Assembly (NCBI GenBank): GCA_964016885.1
Contig: OZ024740.1
Location: 113,460,001 to 113,524,000, forward strand
Length of the DNA stretch: 64,000 bases
Source of the DNA: Eledone cirrhosa
Taxonomy: Eukaryota
Reading direction: 5' to 3'
Positions 16,042 through 35,648 of the stretch are shown piece by piece. Numbering within the stretch: the first letter of the stretch is position 1; every line of letters starts with the position of its first letter. The notes under the pieces were generated by a model. The model did no database searches. It was not told the DNA's origin and saw nothing but the letters and a program-made list of their open reading frames with translations. Made by a program: the position numbers and the translations under genes.

Positions 16042-16842
16042 CGAGCAGCGACTGAAACGTTTTGAGCCTCTAGGAAACGGTAGCATATACAAATATTTTC
16101 TTGTTTTATTTGTCAATATAGTCTCCCTTTGAGTCCACATACTTCTTCCACCGGCGCAGAAGTGCCTAGATCAAGCTAAAGTAGAAATCTTTAGTCTGGT
16201 CTTCCAGGTCGGTGTCGTCCCTGGTTACAAATCGTGCCAGAAAACCTTCCGGATCAGCTTCAAAAAGATCCAAATTATTGGAGAACATGGTGCAATGAGT
16301 GTGTTTTTGTTCCTCGCCCCAAATACCTGGAACCCAGCGTGCAAACCAAGCTCCTTTGTCCGAATATTATTGGCTCGCTCGTGGCAGATGCCTAACATGT
16401 TTGCTATCTGACGGGAGGATAGTCATCGATCCTGTATCACCTTCCCAAAGACAGGGTTAATGTTCTCTGTGGTGGTCAATTCTGATGGCCTCCAACACCT
16501 CGGGTCATTTTTTATATCTTCACTGTCACGCTTGTGTTCAATCATCGTATATGACTGGGCATCTTCCCCTAATGTGTCTTGCTAGTTCTTTTGGATCTTA
16601 TCACGAGTCATGCCGTTCAACTGCAGATAATTGGTCACTGCTCAATACTCGAGTTTCTTCAATTTTCATTAAGAGCCTGAGTACATCAACTTTAAGAATT
16701 TGCGAAAATAAATTAAAAAAATGTTTAGACCAGGAAACCTGGCTAGCACGGTCTGAAGGTCTCACAAATATCACAGACGAAATTTAATTTGCATAACTAT
16801 TTATATTCTGTGTGAGGCTCAAAACCATTCAGTCGCCCCTCG
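16042..16842 (-). mobile_element. Internally deleted mariner
   Basis: TIRs ta-cgagcagcgactgaaacgttttgagcct and aggctcaaaaccattcagtcgcccctcg-ta; TA target duplication; remnants FARWVP and FVTRDDT (degenerate first catalytic Asp motif). Confidence 0.85.
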
Positions 16843-17654
16843 TATTTTAGTAATATCAGCAGACCGATGAATATTTAGTTACGTTCTAAATACGTGTCAT
16901 ACCGAGTTTGAATTTATATTTCATTCTTTCTGAATTATTTTGAGTCGTAATTCTACCCTTATTGAATAATACCACTATAGATAGCAGTCCAATTGGAATT
17001 ATCTCTTTTAAGAATTATATACAACTACATATATTATCAAATGTGTCTTTTCTTTATTCAAGATATGAGGGTGATGTGTCTATTGGACCTATCAGGCCGA
17101 AATACCACTTAACGGATTCTTCCTTGAAGAGTACACAAAATAAATACTGATGAATATAAACGTCATTGAATACAACCAAATATCTGTCTTAGAAATGTTA
17201 AATTATAAGGAAAGTTCCTCCAATATCATTAAATCTTTAATAATTATTTTGCTTTTAAACTGATTTTTATATCTTTGATTTTTTAATTTTTTAATTAAAC
17301 TTAGTCAATCTTAAACAGACAGTTAGATTTCTCAAAGTGAAATTCATAAGGAAAAAACAAGAATTATTTTTGACATTCGGAATAATGTGTGACAAGCAAA
17401 ACTGAATAATTTATCAAAGTTGAATATATATTTTTTTCAACTGTTGTATAGGAATTTCATGGTTCTTATAAATCACTACTATATTGGAACACTGCTTGCT
17501 TGAATTATATATTTACAGAAGCACTGACGTGCTCACTCATATATATATATATATATATACACTCACGCCTAAATACATTCATGAAGAGATACATACTTGC
17601 ATACACATATTCATACATACGTGTATATATATATATATATATAGTAATAATAAT

Positions 17655-18781
<1,127 letters not shown>

Positions 18782-18844
18782 GTGTGTGTATATATATATA
18801 TATATATGATAAAGAACACAAGAGCGTCTACAACATCAAAAGAT

Positions 18845-18900
18845 TTTTATTGGCTTACAATGTTTCTTCCTTACGTAACCGTAGGATTCGTCAGAGCTAT

Positions 18901-18904
<4 letters not shown>
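18845..18904 (-). ncRNA. Hammerhead ribozyme in a short element between (TA)n tracts
   Basis: gct-CTGACGA-atcctacg gtta cgtaagga-a-GAAA-cattg-TA-agc. Confidence 0.7.
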
Positions 18905-18939
<35 letters not shown>

Positions 18940-19272
18940 CGTAAACTTTTTAACTAATTGATATAGTCTAATAATAGCAAGGCATATAATATCACTACTG
19001 AAGTGAAAAACATGAGTACCGGCATATAATGAGAGTCACATCCACACCTCCTGGTTGCCGGACTATTATGCCACAATCACGGTAAGGAATGTGCATATGT
19101 ATAATATATATAATTAGATTATTCTCTGCAAAATATTATTTATGTGGTTTCCAATGGTATTGGCAGCGTGAGAAGCTCTGAGATCTTGAATTGTTAACCC
19201 TTTTCCTCTCATAGAACTATTATAAAATGACCTACCCGTCACACACACACACTCACATACACACGCACACAC

Positions 19273-19320
<48 letters not shown>

Positions 19321-19325
<5 letters not shown>

Positions 19326-20012
19326 TGTACGTACTGTATATTTAATAATATACTGTATGTATATATAAAAACATTTTAAAGGCTTTTCGCTATAAATTTA
19401 AGGTAGTGACTATTGTCACATACCCAGCATCAGCAAAAGGGAATAACCGACGCGTTTCTCGCTGCTTAGCAGTTATTAAGGTTATATACCCCGCTGCCTT
19501 TGATTTAAGCTGTAGAAGCTGGATTCTTATAGGATACCGATTATGATTATGAGCTGTTTAAACTACAGAGCGTTTGCCGGCCCAGCAACAATTAGGAATT
19601 TGTGTTGGAGCTCTGAAATAGCAATATACATATGAATGTACGTATTGTATAATAATTGTTTCTACTTTAGGCACAAGGCCAGCAATTACCCAGTGTATTA
19701 CTGGTGCTTTATTTTATCGACCCCGTAAGGATGAAAGGCAAAGTTAACCTCGGCGGGATTTGAACTCAGCGGGATTTGAACTCAGAATGGCAAGGGCCGT
19801 AACTATGCGTTTAAGCATGGCGTCCGACCCTCTACCGATACTGCCAATCCACGTATTGTATAATACTTGTTTTGTATAATAATATACTGTATGTTTATTT
19901 AAAAACATTTTGAAGGCCTTTCACTATGAATTTAATGTAGTGATTGGGTATGGGACTATAGTCACTACATTAAATTCATAGCGAAAGGCCTTCAAAATAT
20001 TTTCTAATAAAC
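19321..20012 (-). repeat. Diverged relative of the 315-bp retrozyme (311-bp unit), interrupted by a SINE and ending in a fold-back
   Basis: Shares ggagctctgaaatagcaatat and aacatttt..gtagtgac; degenerate HHR 19443-19485 (ataacc-TTAATAA..GAAA-cgcg-TC-ggttat); 19895-19944 inverted at 19961-20012. Confidence 0.7.
19655..19850 (-). mobile_element. SINE family 1 with 15-bp target-site duplication
   Basis: TSD acgtattgtataata at 19640-19654 and 19851-19865. Confidence 0.85.
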
Positions 20013-20719
20013 ATCGAGTATTGTGCGTGTGCGTGCATTTGAAGATGAGTATCCATTTCATCAGGTGACAAAAATATCTCGAGTGAAGGATCGTCCCCAG
20101 CTAGATTACTCAACGTTTAAATGGAATAAACCATTATCTTCGAACGGATCCATCCACTTTACAGCATGTATTTATTACTCTTACAAGCCTGCGTATACAT
20201 ATTGACCCACTTTATTAATTATTACAATTTAACAAAATGATACTATATAGAACGTTTAAGTATGTATGTATGTATGTATGTATGTATGTATGTATGTATG
20301 TATGTATGTATGTATGTATGTATGTGTATGTATCTATGTATTTGTGTACTCGTAACATCTAATGAAGGTGTGCGCATCCTAGTGATATACGGCGTGCCTT
20401 GAGCATTTAAAATCTGGCGAGAATCCTACGTGTAGACCCCGAGCAAGCTGATTGGATAACATCCATGAGCTTGGCTGGTATCGCTTAAGGATCCAGCCGG
20501 ATCAGTTGGAGACGGTTGCTTCTGAAAGGACCCGTTGGAAGGAGTGTTTTAGGACTCTGCCCCGATGACACTCAGGAATAAGTGGTCCAATTTAGAAGAA
20601 GGAGCCCATACCTCTCCAGGTCTGAACAATCCCGCTATCTTCTTAAGAAGAGAGACAGGGAGAGAGAATAAGTTAGTGGGAGAGAGAGAGAGGGGGAGAG
20701 AAAGAGAGAGAGAAGGAGA

Positions 20720-20822
<103 letters not shown>

Positions 20823-21126
20823 ATAGAGAAGAAACGAAAGGAAGAGATATAGAGGAAGAATCGGATCCATTACTGGTCTGGTACTTCTTTATTGAACTTT
20901 AAAAGACGAATAGCAATATTCATTTCAGCAAGATCTGAATTCAGAGTGCAGAGTGCCGAAAAGAATAATGTAAAACTTTCTATCCAAGGAATATTTATGG
21001 TTTCGTCATATTATACGATCTTTTGTTGTTGTAGCAGTTGTTTATTTACAACATGACTTGTAGATTTTTAATCAAAGGCATGTTTTGTTTCGAGTGCTTC
21101 TTTGACGACATTGTCTACTAATGTGT

Positions 21127-21311
21127 GGATTGGCAGTATCGGTAGAGGATCGGACGCTATGCCTTGCAGCAAAGAGTTACGGGCCTTTATGGTCTGAGTT
21201 CAAATCCTGCTGAGGTTAACTTTGTCTTTCATCCTTACGGGGTCGATAAAATAAAGTACCAGTAATACACTGGGAGTATTTGCTGGCTTGTGCAAAAAAT
21301 AGAAACAATTA
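21127..21311 (+). mobile_element. SINE family 1
   Basis: Family match; TSD tctactaatgtgt. Confidence 0.85.
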
Positions 21312-21656
21312 TCTACTAATGTGTCTTTCGATATTTTAAAACAGTAGTGTATCAATGAACACGTTCATTGCCATAGTTCTAATGAAACACTTTCAGATTT
21401 TTCGAAAATATTGAATAAATGAATTTTCTTATTAAGCTGGCATTTGAAAAATATCTTACGAAATGTTTTTACATAAACTTATCATGGAAGATATTTTAGA
21501 TAATTATGAATACTGTGAAACAATTTTGTATCATAAAACATCGAGCAATTTGGGGATGTTTAGTAGCAAAAGGACCAAGAGAGTAAAAGAAAGAATGAAA
21601 GAAATAGAGGAAAAGAGAGTAAATAGGTGGATAGATAGACAGACAGACAGATAGGC

Positions 21657-21696
<40 letters not shown>

Positions 21697-21959
21697 TGAT
21701 AAAGAGAGGGAGTGAGGGAATAATTTTGCTGCTACTTTAGTAGGTCGAACGACAACTTAGATATTCCACATTTTAGAAGCATTGGCCTACCGATAAAAGT
21801 CTGCTGCAATCTCGGTTGTCCCGAATCTAATTCTGTAGTCACTCAGCAAATTTATATTCAATGATTAACAATTCATTAACCCCTACCATTAGTCAGAACT
21901 CCCAACTATTGAGGTACAAGCTCAAAGATACGTATTATATAACTATACATACATACATT

Positions 21960-22455
21960 TTTTTTAAGTAAAAAGAAATTCAAACTCAAACTGGCGCGAA
22001 AGCCGATATGCTTATTCACGTGACTGCATCAACCATACAAACTTCACTCATATATGAAAAAACAACCTGAGTCCTCCCTCCCTTTTTTTTTGAAGGCAAA
22101 TATAATAAGTACTTTGTAACGCCAACTGGCGCGAAATTTATTATACTAATTCACCAACCAACCAAATTACTTCTATAAAAACCTAGCATTTCAAGCCACT
22201 TTTTTCCATATAAAACAGAAGTAACATTCAAAGACCAAACAGATGTGAAAAAAACCACAAACCCTCCATCTCAATTCTACATTTGAAAAGCAGAAGAACT
22301 GGGAAACCGGTAAAGGAACCAAATACATATCTATTTAAAACAAAAAAGACTCCAGTTGCATTTTCGATTTCATATTTTTTCCTTATACTTTCACTCGTGT
22401 AGGACACCTCGTTTTTTTTTTTTCATTTTGTAAAAAAACCTCACTTTCTAATATA
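21960..22455 (+). mobile_element. Solo pLTR/3' end of the 40738-46935 PLE (degenerate HHR 22279-22316)
   Basis: Matches 46580-46935 plus the 41860-41925 extension. Confidence 0.85.
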
Positions 22456-22461
22456 TATATA

Positions 22462-22680
22462 TAGGAACTATCGACTTTCGTAAAATCGGACCGAGGAAAC
22501 AAGGTTTCCTGTGGTCTTTCCAGTTGGTAGTACGATCTATCGCACGCAACTCCAGGTAGAAGGAGCAGCGTGAAATGAAGTGTATTGCTCAAGGACATAA
22601 CGCATCGCCGGGTCCAGGAATCGAACTCACAACCTCAAGATTATGAATCCAATTCTCTAACCACCCAGCCACACGCCTCC
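22462..22680 (-). mobile_element. SINE family 2 (tRNA-derived head)
   Basis: A box TGGCTGGGTGG and B box GTTCGATTCC; related pieces at 28987-29058, 32595-32670, 34906-34950, 48664-48870 and 57778-57927. Confidence 0.8.
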
Positions 22681-22698
22681 AATATATATATATATATG

Positions 22699-23822
<1,124 letters not shown>

Positions 23823-23845
23823 CTATATATATGTATATATATATG

Positions 23846-25656
<1,811 letters not shown>

Positions 25657-25914
25657 TATACACTTTAGAAATTAATATATAAACTGTTTTTAATTTAGTT
25701 ATCCTACATAAATTTATTTAACCTACATAATTTTACTTTCCTTCTTACAACTATCATTTCCTGAAACTGATACCATTAAGTAAACATATATAATGCTTTA
25801 ATTTCAGGTTATGAATCTATGTTCCTTGAAATCTCTATATATCTATTATTTCTCACTAATAAATTTAATCCCACCCCACCCCAATAATTATATGTATATG
25901 TATGTATGTATGTA

Positions 25915-26103
<189 letters not shown>

Positions 26104-27097
26104 ATGTGTGTGTGTATGCATATAAATATATATATATATTATTTTTATATTCTTTTAATTTCCCCTCATCTTAAACAGCACGCTTCAACTACATCTAACT
26201 CTTATTTATCATATCTATATGCATTAGTATAATTTTATCAATATAAATATACCCATCAATTAAATTAATTGAAAAAAGTGAAAAAAGTACATCTATGAAA
26301 AGAATTTTTCATAGATGTACTTTTTTCACTAACACTCTTATAGTAACATTTTAGTCTCCTTAGATATTTGCATTGGCATTACTATTTTATAACAGCAACT
26401 GCTCGTATATCTTTTACTGACCTGACGTATTTTCACCCCTAAAATAACCTTCTCATTCTTCACACTCCATTCAAATCTGAAATCTGCCTTATTCTACCCC
26501 TAAAATAAACTTCAATTACTACTATTTTACCATTTGGCCGATTATTAACTTTCTATTGTTTAACTCTAAACCTCTTACCAAACAGACAGACTATATTAGA
26601 TCTTTGTTTGTTTTATTCAATGAACAAACATAATTATTTCTGAGGTCAGCATACGACCTATTTTCATCCCTAAAACAATCTTTCATTCATAATAATCTTT
26701 TCCATCTAAAACTGAAATCTACCTTCCTCTACCCATAATTTAAGGTTCTTCTACTACTATATTACTATCTTGACCCTCACTATCTTTCTATTGGTCAATT
26801 CAAAACCTGTTCCCAAACAGACCTATTGTATTGAATCTTTGTTTTTTTCAATAAACAAATATCATTATTTCTGAAGACAGCATATATATGTGTAGGTATG
26901 TATATTCCCTCTGATAATTTGTATAAATATTTTACATAGATCTATAGAATATGCATACCAACACTAACACATATATATCCTAGAAACGATCGTATGATGA
27001 ATTTTTTCAATATAAGGAACTGTTTCTTTGTTTATTCATTATTATATATATATATATATATTTTTATTTTTTTTTATTTTTTTTATTTTATAGAAGG

Positions 27098-27148
27098 AGC
27101 TTCTACAGGACTAGTACTGTTTCATTCAGATGAAATCTTCAGGAAGCT
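27098..27148 (-). ncRNA. Hammerhead ribozyme near the end of a non-coding element (~27060-28110)
   Basis: agcttc-CTGAAGA-tttc atct gaat-GAAA-cag tactagtc ctg-TA-gaagct. Confidence 0.8.
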
Positions 27149-28107
27149 GGGTGTCATATTAAGTTCTGGTATTTATACATTTAGGTAGTGGTAAGGGAGG
27201 GGTGGTGGAAGGGGGGGGGGTATTTAGGACCACTTCATGGCACAGGCCGTTTTTTCTTTGGGGGAGTGGTCAATTAGCCAGAGTGCTTTTTGAAATAAAT
27301 AAATAAGTAAATAAATAAATAAATAAATAGATAAAAAAATAAATAAATAAAATAAATAAAAAATAAATGAATAAAAATAAATAAATAAAAACCCCAAGAA
27401 TAGTAATTCAACAGATATATAGTAGGGAAATTTAGGTGGGTTGGTAATAATAGAAATTAAACATTTAACAAGACTGAATCATGGCACAGACTGGGGTGAG
27501 TGGTCAAGTTAACATACAAGCCACAGGTGGCCAGAGTGTTTTTGTAGGATGGAAAGAATAAATTTACATACTCACAGCCACATACAAAAACACTTAGTAC
27601 GGCTGTTACTTAAATATAAGTATGTACACGTACATACATATATGTATACAGACGTACAGTAGTATGTATATATATATATACATACATGCACACATATATA
27701 TCTGTACGTATGGATTCACCGAACATTTATTATAATGCTCGTTGTGTTTGTAAACAAACATCCCATATTAAGCCGTAGTGTCCAGCAACCATCGTTGTAT
27801 ATCCCATTCATGATTATTAACATTTCTAATTTTATTTATTCATTTCATCTCAATTGTTAAGTTAACTCAACAAGATATGACTTAGAGTTTTTGGTTCTCT
27901 TTCCTTTTCTCTGTCTCCCCCCCCCCCCCCCTCCCTCTCTCTCTCTCTGTTGTTCTGGTCTTTCTCTCTCTTTCCTTCTCTATCTTTCTCTTTCTCCGTA
28001 ACCCAACGGCTTATTTTAAAAATAAAAATATACAATACTAATAATATAATTAAAGCTACAACTCCACTATCCGGGAGCTTCCAACAGTAATGGTTGCATT
28101 CTTTAAG

Positions 28108-28209
<102 letters not shown>

Positions 28210-28210
28210 C

Positions 28211-28401
28211 AGGAACGAGTAGGACCCCGACGGTTGACCTCAAGCCGTTTCGACGGTTAATTCTACCCAGAATTAGCCGTCGAAACGGCTTGAGCTCAGC
28301 CGTCGGGGTCCTACTCGTTCCTATTACCCACTCTACTACCCTAAGTATTGAGTACTTTGGTGCGTTATGTTCCACCTGGTTCCGTAACACATTTCCTTCG
28401 T

Positions 28402-28405
<4 letters not shown>
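28211..28405. repeat. 54-bp-arm hairpin plus tail; same family as 40106-40655; contains the 3' half of an HHR
   Basis: 28211-28264 is the reverse complement of 28269-28322; GAAA-cggct..agccg-TC-ggggt. Confidence 0.8.
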
Positions 28406-28446
<41 letters not shown>

Positions 28447-28487
28447 CATACATACATACATACATACATACATACATACATACATAC

Positions 28488-28915
28488 GCACAACCGGCCT
28501 GATATTGTAGTTTGGGACCACACATTGAAAACGTGTTCTGTTGTGGAGATCAGCTGCCCACTTGATGTAAACGTTGTCAGAAAAATACAGGAGAAGGAGG
28601 ACATCTACGGACCATTGATGAGGAGTTTACAAATCCAGTATCCAAGATACACTGTTAGCTTCATACCCATCATTATTGGTGCTACGGGTTATATACCAAC
28701 CCGCTTGGACCAAAGTATGACTGAACTTGGATTTGCGGACAAAAAGCGCAGATCCCTAATTCATAGTCTACAAATGGCTGCGATAGCTGGCACCTTCAAA
28801 ATTTGCAAAACATTCTTGCGATTCAAGGGATGACAATTTCTTTTCTTTTACAACCTTGCCAGCAGGAAGGTGGCCGGTCAAAAAATTATACTCGAAATTA
28901 AGAGAAAGAGAAAAC
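28488..28915 (+). mobile_element. 5'-truncated RLE-type non-LTR retrotransposon (restriction-like endonuclease domain plus 3' UTR)
   Basis: HNRPDIVVWD..VVEISCP..KIQEKEDIY..PIIIGATG, open to the stop at 28833; (CATA)n on both sides. Confidence 0.85.
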
Positions 28916-28942
28916 ATATATACATATATATATATACATATA

Positions 28943-28976
<34 letters not shown>

Positions 28977-29549
28977 CATATATAGTGAAGGCGTGTGGCG
29001 GCTTAGAGAATTCGATTCATAATCTTGAGGTTGTGAGTTCGATTCCTGGACCTGGCGATATATATATATGTAATAGAATAAATATAGTTTCCATTTATTT
29101 AATATCATTAGATATATATATATTTATATATATATATATATCGAATGATATATAAATATCCAATTGTATATATATATATATATATTTATATCCAATTGTA
29201 TATATATATATCTATATTTATATCCAATTGTATATATATATTTATATCTATAACCAATTGTATATAGATATATATACAATGATATTAAAGAAATGGAAAT
29301 TATATTTATAAAATCATATTTATTCTATTATATATAGTCAAGGGTACCAAGACACATTGGTACACTTTCATCAGATAAAATGCAAATTTTGTTTTATAAA
29401 TAGAGACATACCCATGAAAATCATACCTTATCGGTTGGAAATTCACTGGATGGTCCATATATCTTGTCTCTAACGCGAAGAAATACCCATGATTCCTGGC
29501 AGACAACTGACGATGGATATTACCCTCTTTCGCCCGAAGTTTTATTTTC

Positions 29550-31362
<1,813 letters not shown>

Positions 31363-32424
31363 AGTATGGTTGCTAGGATGCGTCCATAGGCGGTATGCCG
31401 GTTAGTACTCTATGCTCCTTCGGAGGAGAGTATGATAATATGGAAAACGAAGAAAGTGTGATGCATCGGAAAACAATTTATTACGTATTACAATTGTTTC
31501 TCCGGCGAACAGCTCGAGGTGCGATCTGTTTGTTGATCTTTGAAAGAGATTTTGCTTCGAAACCACTAGACGTATTTGAGGAACTTGCAAATCCAGAGTC
31601 AGGTTCGATCCACAAACAGATCGCACCTCGAGCTGTTCGCTGGAGGATCACTTATATATATATATATATTCATAAGCATATATGAAATATACATACGCAC
31701 ATAATAATTCGGACACGTATCTCAGAAGATTAAAGAAGATTAGAATAATACATTAAACCAGTGTTGTTTTATTTTTAATTCTGTGTACTAAATAAAAATT
31801 CTTATTTAATCATTCATTAGAAAAGAGATTTACTTCGGAAACTTTTATATTAAAAAATGTAAATTTGTGTCTTCTTTTTGAAAGATTAGCAAAGGAAAGC
31901 AGGAGAAAGAGAATAAATAAAGAATGAGATTAAATAGGCGAATGTTTACTTTCTCCCACGTTCTTCTTTCTTTTCTGGCCTTGATTTAGCTAAAGTTTTG
32001 CTTTATTTGTTGCATATTTGTCTCTTCACTAATTCTTCCAAACTTCACAATGAAGGAATTGATTTTGTTGCTTGTTGCTACTTTGGGAAGGGCATCGGCG
32101 TAAAAATGAATAAATAAATACACAAGTAAACCTAATAAAATGTGTAAAAATTTAATCCTTTCGTGAATCACACGAATTCATAGAGCTGGTAATGATCATT
32201 CCCGTTTTTGGTGCATTAAGCGGATAATAGACATTTCATCACCCCGACCACTAAAAACATTTCTCAACAGGCTGGCAGAATAGACATTTACACACCGACT
32301 AAAACTCAAACCGGGAAACACCTATACATGCGAAAATGCATGCACAAACATGCACAATGTAAATAGGTATATAGTTATACATATATATACGTACACATAC
32401 ACAAACAAACCAAACACACACACA

Positions 32425-32494
<70 letters not shown>

Positions 32495-32706
32495 TATATC
32501 TCTCTATCTGTCTATCTATCAATTTCTCTCTATCTCTCCTCTCTCTCCTCTCTCTCCCTCTCTCTCTATATATAGATATATAGATATATCGACAGTCGAT
32601 CGACTTTCGTCAACTCGGACCGAGAAACCTATGCATCCATTGGTCTTTCCAATTGGTAATACTATCTATATATATGTATATATGTATATATGTATATATA
32701 TATGTA

Positions 32707-32788
<82 letters not shown>

Positions 32789-32871
32789 GGAGGTGAGTTT
32801 TATTGTAGTACAATAAAGCAATGCAGATATCGGATAAGAAGCACTCTACAGTTGGTAGGACTGGAGTATAC

Positions 32872-34631
32872 ATAATATAAGATCAAAAGATGGTTAAAGG
32901 AGTTCCATGTATTTTATTATGCGCATTTCAAAAACAAACATCATCATGCAATAATATTTGTGTTTTCATCAGATAAAACAGGAGAATATGATATGAAGGC
33001 TAAAAAACACTTGTGGATAGTGCAGTTTTAAATCAACATATGAAAAGTGGTTTTAGATTGATGTGTGATATTGGGAAAAATATTTTATTTACATTCATAA
33101 ACTTAATTCATGAATGTAAAGTTATAACTAGCACCAATTCCTTCACCTATTTTGGCTCCACTTCCACCTCTTTTAAAGCTCGTCTCTATAATCACCATTC
33201 ATCTTTCAAATACAAACTTAAAAGAACCAACACGGCTCTCTCAGAACTCATATGGTCCTTGAAAGACAAAAACATTAAATATACCATCTTTTGGAAGAAG
33301 GTTTCTTCTGCATCCTCATACTTGAACAGCTCTCTATCTAAAATCTGTAATCTCTGCCTAAATGAAAAATTTACCATTATCTCTAATCTAGATTCTATAA
33401 TAAATAGACGTACAGATTTGTTTTCTATCTGCCTGCATAAATTCCATAGGACTTTTCACAAAGTATACAGTTAATATTCAATTCTTTATCAATTTAGAAT
33501 CTTTTCTCAAAGGCACATATACATACACCTCTTTAAAATATACCCATCTTCCTACCTTACTTTAAAGGGCATTATACACTCTATAATACTTGTTTACTCA
33601 TTACCCTCTTTCTATCTTCACCTTGTAAAATCCTTCATAACATATACATTTGTTTTTTTGACGTTAGAATATTCATCCGCAATTATTATTATTTTTTCTC
33701 TCTATCATAAAACTTTTAAATCTCAATTTCATCCTTAATTTATTATTTTTTTCTCCCCATCAACGAACTCATTCTTAATACACATTAACTCGTTCTTCGC
33801 ACATATTATCAATTCCTTCAATATACAAACTTTAACTTCACATTATTTTTCTCAAATACTTCTACACACAAACCTTAATAATTTTTTTTTTCTCTTCGTT
33901 AATTTTGAAATTGCCACAATACTTATCAACATACACCTTTTTCACGTTAGAATATTTATCCACAATTATTATTTTTTTCTCTCTATCTTCATACATAAAC
34001 TCCCTCTCTTTCCTCGCAAATATTTTTCCCTTCGCTAATTTTCAAATTCTTTTAATTTATACATTATCTTCCAACGGTTCTCAACCTCTCTATGTAAAAC
34101 AATATATCTTTTCTCAGTTATAAAAACTACCTCTTTCTCTCTATCACCCATCTCTCCCTCTCCACCTTCACACTCATCTCCTCCCCCTTTTTTCATCCTT
34201 TCCACCCCCCTTCCCTAAATAAAATATTTTTTCCTCGTACATATCTTTCCCTTCGCTAATTTTCAAATTCTTTTAATTTATACATTATCTTCCAACGGTT
34301 TTCAACCTCTCTATGTAAAACAATATATATTCTCTCAGTTATAAAAACTATCTCTTTCTCTCTATCACCCATCTCTCCCTCTCATCTCCTCCCCTTTTTC
34401 ATCCTTCTCCCCCCCTCTCTAAATAAAATATTTTTCCCAATATCACACATCAATCTAAAACCACTTTTCATATGTTGATTTAAAACTGCACTATCCACAA
34501 GTGTTTTTTAGCCTTCATATCATGTTCTCCTGTTTTATCTGATGAAAACACAAATATTATTGCATGATGATGTTTGTTTTTGAAATGCGCATAATAAAAT
34601 ACATGGAACTCCTTTAACCATCTTTTGATCT

Positions 34632-34639
<8 letters not shown>
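32872..34639 (+). mobile_element. 5'-truncated Naiad-type PLE with inverted pLTRs (~220 bp)
   Basis: 32872-33090 is the reverse complement of 34422-34639; GIY-YIG remnant 33091-33474 (YFGSTSTSFKARLYNH, CNLCLNEK); (TA)n flanks. Confidence 0.9.
34532..34600 (+). ncRNA. Hammerhead ribozyme (mirror copy 32911-32979 on -)
   Basis: ttttat-CTGATGA-long stem II-GAAA-TGCGCA-TA-ataaaa; palindromic stem III. Confidence 0.85.
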
Positions 34640-34710
<71 letters not shown>

Positions 34711-34739
34711 TATATATATACATACACACATATATATAT

Positions 34740-34803
<64 letters not shown>

Positions 34804-34838
34804 TGCGAGAGAGAGAGAGTGCGAGAGAGAGAGTGAGC

Positions 34839-34910
<72 letters not shown>

Positions 34911-35092
34911 CGTGGCTTAGTGGTTAGAGAATTAGACTCACAATCATGCAAAACTGTTGGTGCTGGCATTTTGTGTGTGATTTGTTTTTAGAAAAGTGAT
35001 GTCAACATGAATGGACCTGTTATTTTTATCTAAAGTCATTTTTTCCAATTCCAGCTCGCCCGTCCCCTCAATCTATGTTATTTCTTATTCTT

Positions 35093-35128
35093 TTTTCTGA
35101 TGAAGGACTAGCATCCGAAACGTTAAGA
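35093..35128 (+). ncRNA. Minimal hammerhead ribozyme
   Basis: tttt-CTGATGA-a-gga ctagca tcc-GAAA-cg-TT-aaga. Confidence 0.6.
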
Positions 35129-35585
35129 CCCTCTTCCTGCTATATCAAGCGTTAACCTAATATATACCTTCCATATACTGTACCGATTGTGTTGTTATTT
35201 CTGTTTACCTTTTACACACACACACAATCTGAAGAGCAAATCGATAATGGAGTCTGGTCAATAAATTCTGTGGGTGAACCTGAGCCAACCCTCTGCAAAA
35301 CGCGCGTAACAGGTCGATGCACAATAAAAATATAAATACATGTAAAGAAAGCTTCATCGTTGGTATTAATATATACACTCTGCCTGTGCATCGAATACTT
35401 GTTTTAGTAGCAACACCAGTAATTCACTGAATCACATATACTATATATATATATGTAAAAGTTCTATTTAAATTGTTGGGATACAACAAGCAAATATTTT
35501 TATAACTGATATAAAGCACTCAACAAATAATTGGAGTAAAAATACGATATTAACAAATGGAAACTAGATTTATAAAACCATATTT

Positions 35586-35648
35586 ATTTCATTATACATA
35601 TTTCAAGGACACCAAGTTAAATTATGGTGTGCTTTCATCAGATAAAAT
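35586..35648 (-). ncRNA. Hammerhead ribozyme in a short inverted-repeat element (35543-35808); related degenerate copy ~29325-29380
   Basis: attttat-CTGATGA-aagcacacca..tggtgtcctt-GAAA-tatgta-TA-atgaaat. Confidence 0.75.

Noticed and set aside
22600-22680. tRNA gene
   Set aside because: The tRNA-like A/B-box head continues into a SINE body found in several copies
26868-27002. HHR at the end of the Naiad PLE (CTGAAGA .. GAAA-CGATCG-TA)
   Set aside because: Core pieces and a palindrome are present, but stems I and II do not close convincingly
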